64,000 bases of DNA from Candidatus Moraniibacteriota bacterium (GTDB taxonomy: Bacteria; Patescibacteriota; Minisyncoccia; Moranbacterales; JAPLXC01): contig JAPLXC010000007.1 of the NCBI GenBank assembly GCA_026396275.1, forward strand, positions 37,084-101,083. Direction: 5' to 3'. The notes beneath the pieces are model-generated. The model was not told the DNA's origin, did not search any database, and worked only from the letters and a program-made list of their open reading frames with translations. Below, piece after piece: positions 37,045-46,424 of the stretch. How positions within the stretch are numbered: position 1 is the stretch's first letter; each line of letters opens with the position of its first letter. A program made the position numbers and the translations under genes.

Positions 37045-40000
37045 TTATTTCTTTTCCTTTTTGGCGATACCCTTTTCTTCCGCATTTACTAATTCCACAT
37101 CCAGGCATAATCCTTTCAGCTCATTGACCAGCACCTGAAAGGAAGCTGGAATGTTTGGGCTTTTGATTCTTTCTCCTTTGATAATCGACTCATAGGCCTT
37201 TGACCTTCCCAGAACATCATCTGATTTGATAGTGAGCATTTCCTGGAGAGTATAGGCCGCGCCGTAACCTTCGAGCGCCCACACTTCCATTTCCCCGAAC
37301 CGCTGGCCGCCGAATTGGGCTTTACCTCCCAAGGGCTGCTGGGTAATGAGCGAATAAGGGCCAATGGAGCGCATATGAATTTTGTCTTCTACCAAGTGAT
37401 TGAGTTTCATAATATACATTATGCCTACCGTTGATTCGCTGTCAAAATATTCCCCGGTCTTTCCGTTAATAAGAAGGATTTTTCCGTTTTCCGGCAGTCC
37501 GGCTTTACGCAGCTCCTCTTTGATGGTTTCTTCCGGCACTCCATCAAGAGATGGACTGGCGGCTTTATAACCCAGTTTCAGAGCTGCCCAGCCAAGATGG
37601 GTTTCCAGGATCTGGCCGATATTCATCCGGCTGACTACTCCCAAGGGATTAAGGATAACATCCACGGGAGTTCCGTCAGGAAGATAGGGCATGTCTTCCA
37701 CTGGAGCAATGCGGGAAATCACTCCCTTGTTGCCATGGCGCCCGGCCAGTTTATCACCGACGGAAACCTTGCGCAGCTGCGCCACCGAAACCTGAATTTG
37801 TTTGATGACGCCGGTGGAAAGTTTGTCGCCCTGATCGCGCGAGAGTATCCTGATGTCCACCACTTTTCCGTGTTCGCCGTGAGGGAGATAAAGAGAAGAA
37901 TCCTTGACATCTTTTGACTTTTCACCAAAAATTGCTCGGAGCAGCCGCTCTTCGGGGGTAAGATCGCCCTCTCCTTTGGGAGTAATCTTCCCGACTAAAA
38001 TATCCCCGGATGATGCTTCAGCGCCGATGCAGATAATTCCTGTTTCATCCAAATCCTTCAAGCGCTCCTCGCCGATGTTGGGAATATCGCGAGTGATAAT
38101 TTCCGGACCCAGTTTTGTGTCGCGCACGTCAATGGAAAAATCCTCAATGTGAATTGAACTATAACGGTCATTCTGAAGCAATCTTTCGGAAATAATAATA
38201 GCATCCTCAAAGTTATAGCCCTCCCAGGGAAGAAGAGCCACCAGCACATTTTGTCCCAAGGCCAGCTCTCCGTGATCAGTGGCGGCTCCATCAGCTAGAA
38301 GCTGTCCCTTTTTCACTCTTTCACCTTTTCCTGCCCGGGGAATTTGACTCATACTGGTAAAAGCATTGGACTTGAGGAAATTCTGCAAACGGTATTCCCG
38401 CTTTATGTAGTCCTTTTTGACTCCCGAGGGCGCTTTTTCCTTGACGATGATATGATTGGCATCCACTTCCACTATTTCGCCTTCCTCCGCTGCCAATACC
38501 ACTTGTCCGGAATCAGCGGCCGCCTTGTCTTCAATCCCCGTTCCGACAATCGGCGACTCCGGTACGACGCAGGGAACAGCTTGGCGCTGCATATTGGATC
38601 CCATCAGCGCCCGGTTGGCATCATCGTGCTCCAGAAAAGGAATGAGAGCTGTAGCGATTGAAACGCATTGCTTGGCGGAAACATCAATATAGTTCAGCTT
38701 TTTCGCTTCAGTCATTTCCGGGTGGCCTTTGACTCTCGCTTCCACAAATTCACCAATAATGTTACGGTGATCATCTAGTTTTATCCCGGCGTGGGCAATA
38801 ATATTGCGGTCTTCCACCACGGCATTGAGATACTCAATTTCGTCAGTGACGAAAGGTTTTACTTTAATGGTTTTGCTAGAGGTCTTAGAGATTTTTTTAG
38901 CCAGTTCTTCATTAATAAAGTCACCGGCTTTGCCTGCTTCTTTAATCTCTTGGTTCAAAATTCTGTTCGCAAGCGCTTCCGGCTTATTTTCCACTTCTTG
39001 AGCAATTATAATATAAGGCGTCTCCAGAAAACCATACTCGTTAATTCGGGCATAAGTAGCCATATGCCCCACCAGCCCGATGTTTGGGCCTTCCGGCGTT
39101 TCCACCGGACAGATTCTTCCATAGTGGGAATGATGAACATCCCGAACTTCAAATCCGGCTCGTTCCCGCGTAAGGCCTCCCGGACCCATGGCACTCATCC
39201 GGCGCTTATGTTCCAGTTCTGCCAGAGGATTAACCTGATCCATAAATTGGGATAATTGGGAGCTGGAGAAAAATTCTTTAATGGCGGCAGCCACCGGCCG
39301 GGAGTTAATAAGCTGGCCGGGAACCACAGTGGCGATATCGCAAGTACTCATCCGGTCCTTAATATTGCGCGCCATTCGAGCCAGGCCCACCCGCAGTTTG
39401 TTCTGGACCAGTTCGCCCATGCTCCGGATTCTCCTGTTTCCCAGATGATCTATATCATCTTCCTTCGCCAAGGGATTATTATTAAGACGAATAATTTCTT
39501 TGATAATCAAAATAAAATCCTCCACTCTCAGGACCCTGTTTTCTTCATTGTCTGGCCGATCGACGTTGAGCCGCTGATTGAGCCGGTAGCGTCCCACGCT
39601 TCCAAAATCATATTTTTCAAAATCGAAAAACATTGAATCAACCATTTGTTTGGCGTTCTCTTCTGTCGCCAGATCCCCTGGGCGAATCCTTTTGTAAACT
39701 TCCTTATATCCCTCCTTCTGATTTTTGGCAGTGTCCCGGCTGATGGTCACTTCGAGGTAGCGAACTTCTCCGTTATCTACATCAGAAAACTGGCGAATCA
39801 ATTCCTCGTCGCTTCCAAAACCAAAAGCGCGCAGCAGTGAAGTAACCGGCACTTTTCTTTTGCGGTCAATTTTTACAGATATCATTCCTTCGAGATCCGT
39901 ATCAATTTCAAGCCAGGCTCCCCGATTGGGAATAATTTTGCCACCGAACAATTTCTTTCCTTTCTGATATTCCATGGTGAAAAAGACACCGGGACTTCTG

Positions 40001-40458
40001 ATCATCTGGCTGACAACAACGCGCTCCACTCCGTTGATTACAAATGTTCCCCGATCTGTCATCACCGGAAAGTCCCCGAGATAAATTTCCTGCTCTTTCA
40101 CTTCACCGGTTTTTTTAACGGTGAGTCGGGCCTTGACCCGAAATGGCGCTTCATAAGAAATATTTTTGTTCTTGGCTGTCAGCTCGTCGCATTTTGGCTC
40201 ATCGAGGTAGTAGTCGCCCAGCTTCAATTCCAAATCTTTCCCCGTAAAATCTTGGATGGGGTTTATTTCGTCCAGCAGCTCTTTGAATCCTTTTTCTAAA
40301 AACCAGCGACAGGAACTGACTTGGGCTTCAATCAGATTAGGCAACGATACCATTAAATGTTTCTTGAAGAATTTTCTCCGAGAAAGCGAAGAAGAAGGAC
40401 CAAAAGTGTCCTTGATTTTTAAGACCTTCTGGTTTGTAAACATAAAAACAACTCTCAC
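37045..40458 (-). CDS. rpoB: DNA-directed RNA polymerase subunit beta (true start probably internal Met near 40443)
   Basis: Full-length RpoB conservation (SLPNLIEAQ..., GDKLAGRHGNKG, etc.). Confidence 0.97.
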   Translation of the reverse strand: MRVVFMFTNQKVLKIKDTFGPSSSLSRRKFFKKHLMVSLPNLIEAQVSSCRWFLEKGFKELLDEINPIQDFTGKDLELKLGDYYLDEPKCDELTAKNKNISYEAPFRVKARLTVKKTGEVKEQEIYLGDFPVMTDRGTFVINGVERVVVSQMIRSPGVFFTMEYQKGKKLFGGKIIPNRGAWLEIDTDLEGMISVKIDRKRKVPVTSLLRAFGFGSDEELIRQFSDVDNGEVRYLEVTISRDTAKNQKEGYKEVYKRIRPGDLATEENAKQMVDSMFFDFEKYDFGSVGRYRLNQRLNVDRPDNEENRVLRVEDFILIIKEIIRLNNNPLAKEDDIDHLGNRRIRSMGELVQNKLRVGLARMARNIKDRMSTCDIATVVPGQLINSRPVAAAIKEFFSSSQLSQFMDQVNPLAELEHKRRMSAMGPGGLTRERAGFEVRDVHHSHYGRICPVETPEGPNIGLVGHMATYARINEYGFLETPYIIIAQEVENKPEALANRILNQEIKEAGKAGDFINEELAKKISKTSSKTIKVKPFVTDEIEYLNAVVEDRNIIAHAGIKLDDHRNIIGEFVEARVKGHPEMTEAKKLNYIDVSAKQCVSIATALIPFLEHDDANRALMGSNMQRQAVPCVVPESPIVGTGIEDKAAADSGQVVLAAEEGEIVEVDANHIIVKEKAPSGVKKDYIKREYRLQNFLKSNAFTSMSQIPRAGKGERVKKGQLLADGAATDHGELALGQNVLVALLPWEGYNFEDAIIISERLLQNDRYSSIHIEDFSIDVRDTKLGPEIITRDIPNIGEERLKDLDETGIICIGAEASSGDILVGKITPKGEGDLTPEERLLRAIFGEKSKDVKDSSLYLPHGEHGKVVDIRILSRDQGDKLSTGVIKQIQVSVAQLRKVSVGDKLAGRHGNKGVISRIAPVEDMPYLPDGTPVDVILNPLGVVSRMNIGQILETHLGWAALKLGYKAASPSLDGVPEETIKEELRKAGLPENGKILLINGKTGEYFDSESTVGIMYIMKLNHLVEDKIHMRSIGPYSLITQQPLGGKAQFGGQRFGEMEVWALEGYGAAYTLQEMLTIKSDDVLGRSKAYESIIKGERIKSPNIPASFQVLVNELKGLCLDVELVNAEEKGIAKKEKK

Positions 40459-40775
40459 GAAAATCCTCCCGTTCCGTTTATTTTCTTGAAAACGGGAATG
40501 ATTGCAATGAGATTAAGTAAAGATGTATTTAATTTTTATTGATAGTGAGTATCAAAAGTATCTTGACAAGTATTCTCTTATTATACATGCCTTGGAAAAT
40601 AATGCAAGAAGTAAAGCACTTTTCTTTTACCTTTGGTATAGGAACGATTGTATCATTTCTGCCTGCCTATGTCAAATATGGCTTTAAATAGGCATAATTT
40701 AAAAATCGCGCGTTTACCGGCTGCCTGGTTTCCTGTTCGGGTCTTCTTTTTTCTCTGTCAAGTTATTGACAGTTT

Positions 40776-41057
40776 TTACACGTTTTTGGTTTTGTTTTTT
40801 GTTGCAAAGTTATAGGCCCTGGTTACTGCTTGGGCGATGCGGGAGGTGGTAAAACTTTTGGGAGTATCGGTTTGGACAATAACTTTCTTAATATCTCGCG
40901 GGATTAATTTATTTTTCTTTAACAACTTATCGATTTCTGGGAGCAGTTTTTCGGAAAGATTATAATTCTCGGTAAAAGACAGCCGGCTCAATGTTTTTTT
41001 TCCGTAATATAATTGGATGCTAACCTTTTTATCTTTTATTTTAATTAAAAGCCTCAT
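40776..41057 (-). CDS. short TsaB/YeaZ-like protein (N-terminal domain only)
   Basis: IKDKKVSIQLYYGKK ... DIKKVIVQTDTPKSFTTSRIAQAVTRAYNFA resembles TsaB GPGSFTGLRIG region; 93 aa. Confidence 0.35.
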   Translation of the reverse strand: MRLLIKIKDKKVSIQLYYGKKTLSRLSFTENYNLSEKLLPEIDKLLKKNKLIPRDIKKVIVQTDTPKSFTTSRIAQAVTRAYNFATKNKTKNV

Positions 41058-41398
41058 TTGCTTTCCGGTTTGATTTTCTTAAATTCATATTCGGCGATTT
41101 CATCAGCAAGACCTTTTAATTTTTCAAGAGAACATTTTTCTGTAACCTTGTTCCAGGCCTCTTTGGAAGAAGGATTTTCAATCCCGTTCTGCTCGGCCAG
41201 TTTTTCAATGATTTTGAATTTCATATTAGAAAAAAAGGCGTCTGTGAATTGGTCTTTATCCGCGCTTCCCTCTAATACTCTTTCAAACAAAGCGGTGACA
41301 GCATCGTAATTGTCATAAACAACTGAATTCATTATTTTCTTCAACCTTAAATCTCCCGTCCGATTGATATCTTCAACGCTAAATTTTTCCTTTTCCAT
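41054..41398 (-). CDS. hypothetical protein
   Basis: 114 aa acidic helical protein. Confidence 0.4.
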   Translation of the reverse strand: MEKEKFSVEDINRTGDLRLKKIMNSVVYDNYDAVTALFERVLEGSADKDQFTDAFFSNMKFKIIEKLAEQNGIENPSSKEAWNKVTEKCSLEKLKGLADEIAEYEFKKIKPESK

Positions 41399-41434
41399 TT
41401 TTTGAGTTGTTAATGATTATGTAACTTACACGCT

Positions 41435-41522
41435 TGATGTCATTCCGGCCCCTGAGCCGGAATCTAGAATAAAAATAAGGATTATCTACTGGATTCCTGG
41501 TCAAGCCAGGAATGACATCGAG
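41435..41522. other. nested inverted-repeat element (11-bp outer stem gatgtcattcc/ggaatgacatc enclosing two 8-bp hairpins)
   Basis: cgatgtcattccggcccctgagccggaatc ... ggattcctggtcaagccaggaatgacatcg. Confidence 0.5.
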
Positions 41523-41547
41523 GGACATTAAATGAACTTTGTGTTTA

Positions 41548-42318
41548 TCAGTTTACTCTATCCCACTCAAAATTCCAAGGATCGGATTTTCTTCCGGATG
41601 CAATCTGATTATGTCCCAGGACATATTTAATTTTATATTTACTACGTAGATATCTCAGTAGATAATTAAGGGAATCATACTGATCATCCGTGAATTTTCC
41701 GCTTTCTTTATTCATCAGCTCAATTCCGATGGAAAAATTGTTGACATCGGTTCTTCCGTCCGGCACTTTGCTTTCTCCCGCGTGGTAGGCAATATTGTTT
41801 TCTGAAACCAGACGATAAATATTTCCCTGGCGGTCAATCAAATAGTGCGACGCCACTCTATACTGCTTGTATTCTTTCAGCAGTCCAGCTAAATCATAAG
41901 GATTTGATCCTAGTGCGTCATAGGAAGAATGGATCACTAGGGTATCAATGGAACGGCTGGCGGACTGCTGATAGCCCCAAGAAACATAGCGAGAAATAAT
42001 AACCGGATTTTCCGTTGTTTTTTTCTTTTCTTCCGGCACTGAATTATTCCCGCCTTTTGGCTGTTGGAATGAGACACTTTCTGATAAAGAATTATCATCA
42101 TCTGGTATTTGAGATACGGCTGGATCGTTTTGCGCTGATTGTTCTTCCGGGGCTTCCGTCTTGCTTCTTTCATTTTCCGGCACAGCCCGGAATTCTTGCT
42201 TGTCCGCTGAAAACCAGGACGTTTGAGTAGCAGCAATATAAATCACCGCTCCTAAGAGCGCGATAAAAACACTGCTAATCAAAAAATTTCTTTTATTTGA
42301 ATTAAAATAACGCATCAC
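41548..42318 (-). CDS. N-acetylmuramoyl-L-alanine amidase (Amidase_2/PGRP-like) with N-terminal TM anchor
   Basis: IDTLVIHSSYD ... NIAYHAGES motifs. Confidence 0.7.
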   Translation of the reverse strand: MMRYFNSNKRNFLISSVFIALLGAVIYIAATQTSWFSADKQEFRAVPENERSKTEAPEEQSAQNDPAVSQIPDDDNSLSESVSFQQPKGGNNSVPEEKKKTTENPVIISRYVSWGYQQSASRSIDTLVIHSSYDALGSNPYDLAGLLKEYKQYRVASHYLIDRQGNIYRLVSENNIAYHAGESKVPDGRTDVNNFSIGIELMNKESGKFTDDQYDSLNYLLRYLRSKYKIKYVLGHNQIASGRKSDPWNFEWDRVN

Positions 42319-42333
42319 GAATTATTCTAATAC

Positions 42334-43545
42334 TTACCTGTATGTCCCGCGCAGAATTTTATTAATGGCCTCCTCGTCCTTGCAGCGGTAATTGTGGTCG
42401 GGCGAATAAAAATGTTTATCGGGGCCATAACAGCCGTTATTTTCTTTATTCAGCACCGCCAGAAACGGCATAAGAAATCCCATTTTCCGGGAAGAAAAAA
42501 ATTGGTGCAAATTGCTAAGTGTCTTGGCGCGGGTGTTCCTGTCCATTCGGGCGAATATTCCCATATCATCCCATGGCAGACCGCTCCAATCAAGGTGTAA
42601 AATCACGTCATTGGCCCGAAGACGAAAATTATCATGCCACAGTAAAGCCCAGCATCCGCCCTTGCCGCTCAAGCACGGGCCGTTTTCAATTTGACCCTGC
42701 GAATCAATGCCAATACCGCCTTCAATATAGTCAAAAAGCCGCAAATATCTTTCATCAGTGATGCTGTTGGTCTGGGCGCCGATTATAATATCTATACCTA
42801 ATTCATTAGCGTACCGTCGCATTTCACCTAAAACTTTTTCAATATCAGCGGTGTTGCCGCCGGGACGCTCGTCCTGAAGCATAATCTGGCCGAAGAGAAA
42901 CCCTTGAATTCCCAGATTCATCGCCTGACGGGTAATGGAACGGAGGTATCGGCGATACTCCGGCTTTTGAACGCTCGGGATGCAAGTGTGATCGCCCCAC
43001 CGGTTTTCCGATCCCTCCCGGCACATCTGGGAAAAGCCGTAGTCCTTGCCGGTCAGCGGGTCATCATATTCGCCCTTGGCGGAAATGGCTTCTGCCAGAA
43101 ACATTCCGTAGACCATCGGGCGTTTTTCCACTTTCTGCATAATTTCGCTCGCTTTTTCAAAATCCGGCTGATCAAGCCAGGTTTCCAGCGCCCGATGAAG
43201 ATAAGTGCATTCGGAACGGTTGATCAATTTAACCATTTGCTTTGTTTTTCCGCCATACTCTGACAAAAAACCATCAGCCACGCAACCTTTGCTTTTTACC
43301 AGATCCATAGAAATCGGCCCCGGGATATAGCGCCAAGCGGGGGGCTTCGGGGTAGGCGCCGGCTTGGATTGGGGTCGAAACTGAACTATTTCAGTGCTCA
43401 TTTCATTTTTCACCCGTGATGCCTTGCCGACAAGAAACCAGGCGGCAGCGCCAGCCAAAATTATAACCATCGCCAAGGCCACTAGCGGCGGCACGCGCCT
43501 CTTCCAAATTTCCTGTTTTTCATTTGTCCGTAAATCAATGTACAT
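42334..43545 (-). CDS. hypothetical membrane-anchored protein
   Basis: 403 aa, one N-terminal TM, higher GC than neighbours. Confidence 0.45.
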   Translation of the reverse strand: MYIDLRTNEKQEIWKRRVPPLVALAMVIILAGAAAWFLVGKASRVKNEMSTEIVQFRPQSKPAPTPKPPAWRYIPGPISMDLVKSKGCVADGFLSEYGGKTKQMVKLINRSECTYLHRALETWLDQPDFEKASEIMQKVEKRPMVYGMFLAEAISAKGEYDDPLTGKDYGFSQMCREGSENRWGDHTCIPSVQKPEYRRYLRSITRQAMNLGIQGFLFGQIMLQDERPGGNTADIEKVLGEMRRYANELGIDIIIGAQTNSITDERYLRLFDYIEGGIGIDSQGQIENGPCLSGKGGCWALLWHDNFRLRANDVILHLDWSGLPWDDMGIFARMDRNTRAKTLSNLHQFFSSRKMGFLMPFLAVLNKENNGCYGPDKHFYSPDHNYRCKDEEAINKILRGTYR

Positions 43546-43577
43546 AACACCCTATAATTATATACCAAAAATCAAAA

Positions 43578-43606
43578 AAATCCTTTCGGAGGATTTTTAC
43601 GGATGG
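43578..43606 (-). terminator. A/T-flanked hairpin terminator downstream of tRNA-Gly
   Basis: aaaaaaatcctttcggaggattttt. Confidence 0.5.
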
Positions 43607-43623
43607 AAAATATCTTCAGGATG

Positions 43624-43695
43624 AGCGAGTGATGGGAGTCGAACCCACGTCTTCAGCTTGGAAAGCTGACATAATAGCCGTTATACTACACTCGC
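43624..43695 (-). tRNA. tRNA-Gly (anticodon UCC)
   Basis: 7-bp acceptor GCGAGTG/CACTCGC, anticodon stem TCAGC/GCTGA with loop TTTCCAA, T-arm GTGGGTTCGACTCCCAT. Confidence 0.85.
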
Positions 43696-43780
43696 ATTTC
43701 GGCAGGCGGGGAAAGGAGCCGTACTATCATTATACTAATTCCGCTTTTCATTTTGTCCAAAGTATACATATAATATAACT

Positions 43781-44227
43781 ATGGCTACCCTTGCCGTCAA
43801 TAAGCGCGCCCATTTTGATTACGAAATTTCGGATAAATTCGAAGCGGGTTTGGTTTTGACTGGCCAGGAAGTGAAGTCCGCCAAGACCGGTCATATTTCG
43901 CTCAAGGGCAGTTTTGTGACAGTTCACGGCAACGAGTTATATCTTACCAACGCTAATATCCCTCCCTATCGGCATGCGGGCGACGTGAAAAATTACGACC
44001 CGACAAGATCCCGAAAACTGCTGCTCAAAAGGACGGAAATCAAATCACTTATCGGAAAAGCCCGCGTTTCCGGCTTGACGCTGGTGCCGATTCGTGTGTA
44101 TACTAAGAAGCGACTCGTGAAACTGGAATTCGGCGTCGGACGCGGGAAGAAAGAATTTGATAAAAGAGAAAAGATTGCCAAGAGAGAAGTAAAAAGAAGA
44201 ATGGAAAGGGAACTTAAAAATTTCTAA
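43781..44227 (+). CDS. smpB: SsrA-binding protein SmpB
   Basis: VLTGQEVKS...KGSFV ... conserved SmpB core, basic C-terminal tail. Confidence 0.9.
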   Translation: MATLAVNKRAHFDYEISDKFEAGLVLTGQEVKSAKTGHISLKGSFVTVHGNELYLTNANIPPYRHAGDVKNYDPTRSRKLLLKRTEIKSLIGKARVSGLTLVPIRVYTKKRLVKLEFGVGRGKKEFDKREKIAKREVKRRMERELKNF

Positions 44228-44282
44228 TTAACCTAGTGTATTAGACATTCCCGCTCGCGGCGCAAAGTGTAGCGATGCGGGC

Positions 44283-44681
44283 GGGGTTGTCTAGCTTCGA
44301 CATTTTGCACTTTAAAAAATTTGCAAACCGATTATGACAGTCATATCGTTAAACTGCCTGTCAAAATTATAAGTGCAAACTTATACTCAAAAGTAAAGGC
44401 CAGCATCGCGCAAGCGTTTGCTCCGGCTTTTGCTACCGCTTTGGCTTAATTTAAGCTTTAGCCATCGGACTATTGACTCCTTATAAATAGCAACCGGTGC
44501 CAACCATAAGGATAGCCCGCCTGATATTTTCTAAGTTAAGCGGGCAAAATTAAATTAGAAATAGATTAAAAAGATTTTGCTTGTTTATTACTTTTTAGTC
44601 AAAATAAATAAACCGGCTAAGTTTGTAGAAAATTTTTTAAAAGCAACAATGGACGCGAGTGCAATTCTCGCCAACTCCACC
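44283..44681 (+). ncRNA. ssrA: putative tmRNA (SsrA), ~399 nt, tag ORF ...AQAFAPAFATALA*
   Basis: 5' GGGGTTGtctagCTTCGAC resembles tmRNA 5' acceptor/D-loop; 3' GGACGCGAGtgcaattCTCGCcaactccACC = T-arm + complementary acceptor strand (one G-U) + ACC; in-frame gcg caa gcg ttt gct ccg gct ttt gct acc gct ttg gct taa at 44408..44449; adjacent to smpB. Confidence 0.65.
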
Positions 44682-44682
44682 T

Positions 44683-45228
44683 ATGCGCAGACGCTACGGG
44701 TTTCGACCCAAACCAAAACCAATTTCCCCCCAGCACCGGGCCAACGAACGCATCCGCGCCTGGAAGGTGCTGGTTATTGACGAAACCGGAAAAAACCTTG
44801 GGGAGATGGATACTCAAGAAGCGCTGGCTCTTGCCCGCGAGCGGGAGCTTGATTTGGTCGAGGTCTTTCCTAAAGCCGATCCGCCTGTCTGCCGCTTAAT
44901 GGACTTCGGAAAATTCCAGTATCAACAATCAAAACAGGACCGGCTGGCTAAAGCCAAGCAAAAGAAAGTGGAACTCAAAGGAATCCGGATAGGACTGCGC
45001 ACCGACGAGCATGATTTAACTTTCAAAAGAAATCAGGCGGAAAAATTCCTTAACAAGGGAAGCAAAATAAAAATAGAAATTCTGTTAAGAGGAAGGGAAA
45101 AAGCTCACCCGAATTTAGCCAGAGAGAGTTTGCTTAAGTTCATCAAACAAATTCAGACCCCTCATCGGATTGAAGAGGAAATAAAACGCTTTCCGGAGGG
45201 ATTCAATACAATTATCGCTCCGGAATAA
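44683..45228 (+). CDS. infC: translation initiation factor IF-3 (alternative ATT start at 44722 possible)
   Basis: ANERIRAWKVLVIDETGKNLG ... IF3 N- and C-domain conservation; ORF-track start 44659 would lie inside the tmRNA. Confidence 0.85.
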   Translation: MRRRYGFRPKPKPISPQHRANERIRAWKVLVIDETGKNLGEMDTQEALALARERELDLVEVFPKADPPVCRLMDFGKFQYQQSKQDRLAKAKQKKVELKGIRIGLRTDEHDLTFKRNQAEKFLNKGSKIKIEILLRGREKAHPNLARESLLKFIKQIQTPHRIEEEIKRFPEGFNTIIAPE

Positions 45229-45319
45229 GCCATAAAACACGTAACATGAAACATGTAACACAGTAAAGTCGTTAAACGGAAAAATCAAATGTTATATGTT
45301 TTATGTTTCATGAATAATT
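45229..45319 (+). repeat. ~90-nt palindromic intergenic element (catgaaacatgtaaca ... tgtta(t/c)atgtt...tttcatg), copy A, abutting rpmI start
   Basis: Near-identical copy at 45518..45617; shorter relatives upstream of rpsF, ssb, rpsR, efp. Confidence 0.7.
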
Positions 45320-45517
45320 ATGCCTAAACTAAAGACCAATAAAGCAGTTTCAAAGAAAATAAGGGTGACCGGAAGGGGGAAAGCCATGAGGCGCTATACC
45401 AAGCAAAATCATTTTAATTCCCGCGAAACGGGAAAGTTCAAGCGTTTCAAAAGAAAAGATCAGCGGCTTTCTGAATATGACGAAAAGAATGTTTTAAGAG
45501 CCCTGCCATACAATTAA
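45320..45517 (+). CDS. rpmI: 50S ribosomal protein L35
   Basis: MPKLKTNKAVSKKIRVTGRGK... typical bL35. Confidence 0.9.
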   Translation: MPKLKTNKAVSKKIRVTGRGKAMRRYTKQNHFNSRETGKFKRFKRKDQRLSEYDEKNVLRALPYN

Positions 45518-45617
45518 AAATCATGAAACACTTAACATGAAACATGTAACAAAGTAAAGTCGTTAAACGGAAAAACCAAATGTTACATGTTATGTGTTTT
45601 ATGCTCCATGAATAATT
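45518..45617 (+). repeat. ~90-nt palindromic intergenic element, copy B, abutting rplT start
   Basis: Shares loop agtaaagtcgttaaacggaaaaa(t/c)caaa with copy A. Confidence 0.7.
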
Positions 45618-45965
45618 ATGACTAGAATCAAACGCGGCGTTGCCGCTTCAAAACGAAGAAAAAAAGTCTTAAAAATGGCCAAAGGTTTCCGCTGGCGCCG
45701 AAAATCACACTACCAGGCGGCTAAAGAAGCGCTGCTCAAAGCCGGAAAATATGCCTATCGTGACCGTCGGGCTAAAAAAAGAACGGCAAGATCGCTTTGG
45801 ATTCTGCGTCTCAATAATGCCGTGCGCAACTTCGGCCTCACCTACCGGGAATTTATTAAAATCGCCGGGAGCAAAAAAATTCAGCTGGACCGCAAGGTAT
45901 TGTCCCAGCTGGCTGTTGAACATCCTGCTGTTTTTAAAAAGTTGATTGAAGAGATAAAAAAGTAA
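45618..45965 (+). CDS. rplT: 50S ribosomal protein L20
   Basis: MTRIKRGVAASKRRKKVLK...RDRRAKKR typical bL20. Confidence 0.9.
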   Translation: MTRIKRGVAASKRRKKVLKMAKGFRWRRKSHYQAAKEALLKAGKYAYRDRRAKKRTARSLWILRLNNAVRNFGLTYREFIKIAGSKKIQLDRKVLSQLAVEHPAVFKKLIEEIKK

Positions 45966-46424
45966 TTATTCCGATTTGGAAAAACTTCCTGCTTCTGCAG
46001 GAAGTTTTTTGTTTCGCCAATTCCGCCACAATAAAAAAAGATTCCAAATTACCAGACCGGCCAATATTCCCAGCGCGTCAATTCCAACATCCAGAATTTT
46101 TCCTTCTCTTCCAGCCACAAAGACCTGATGAATTTCATCTGAAATAGCATAGAGAAGTGAAGCAAAAAATGCCCAATGGTATAATTCGGTCTTTTGGTAA
46201 AAATAATGCATCCTAAAAATACGCAGCCAAAAAACTGCTAAAATGACATATTCAAAAAAATGAGCCCCTTTGCGCTGGGCGTAAAACCAGAAGTCGCGGC
46301 TTCCTGCGTCAGCTGATCCGGAAAGAGAAGAAAAATAAAAAATGATCCCCATCCAGAGTAGAAGGGGTAAATAATAATATAATACCAATCGTCTTTTGTT
46401 ATTTAATAGTGCGTTTTGTTTCAT
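45966..46424 (-). CDS. VanZ-like family membrane protein
   Basis: 4 TM helices; HFFEY ... SDEIHQVFVAGREGKILDVGID pattern. Confidence 0.5.
   Translation of the reverse strand: MKQNALLNNKRRLVLYYYLPLLLWMGIIFYFSSLSGSADAGSRDFWFYAQRKGAHFFEYVILAVFWLRIFRMHYFYQKTELYHWAFFASLLYAISDEIHQVFVAGREGKILDVGIDALGILAGLVIWNLFLLWRNWRNKKLPAEAGSFSKSE
45981..46012 (+). terminator. rho-independent terminator after rplT
   Basis: aaaaacttcctgcttctgcaggaagtttttt (8-bp perfect stem, T6). Confidence 0.7.

Noticed and set aside
37116-39840. ORFs on both strands inside rpoB
   Set aside because: Nested/antisense to conserved rpoB; no independent signals.
44659-44682. ORF-track start of infC at 44659
   Set aside because: Would lie inside the predicted tmRNA 3' acceptor/T-arm; the IF3 homology begins later, so the start is placed at ATG 44683 or ATT 44722.
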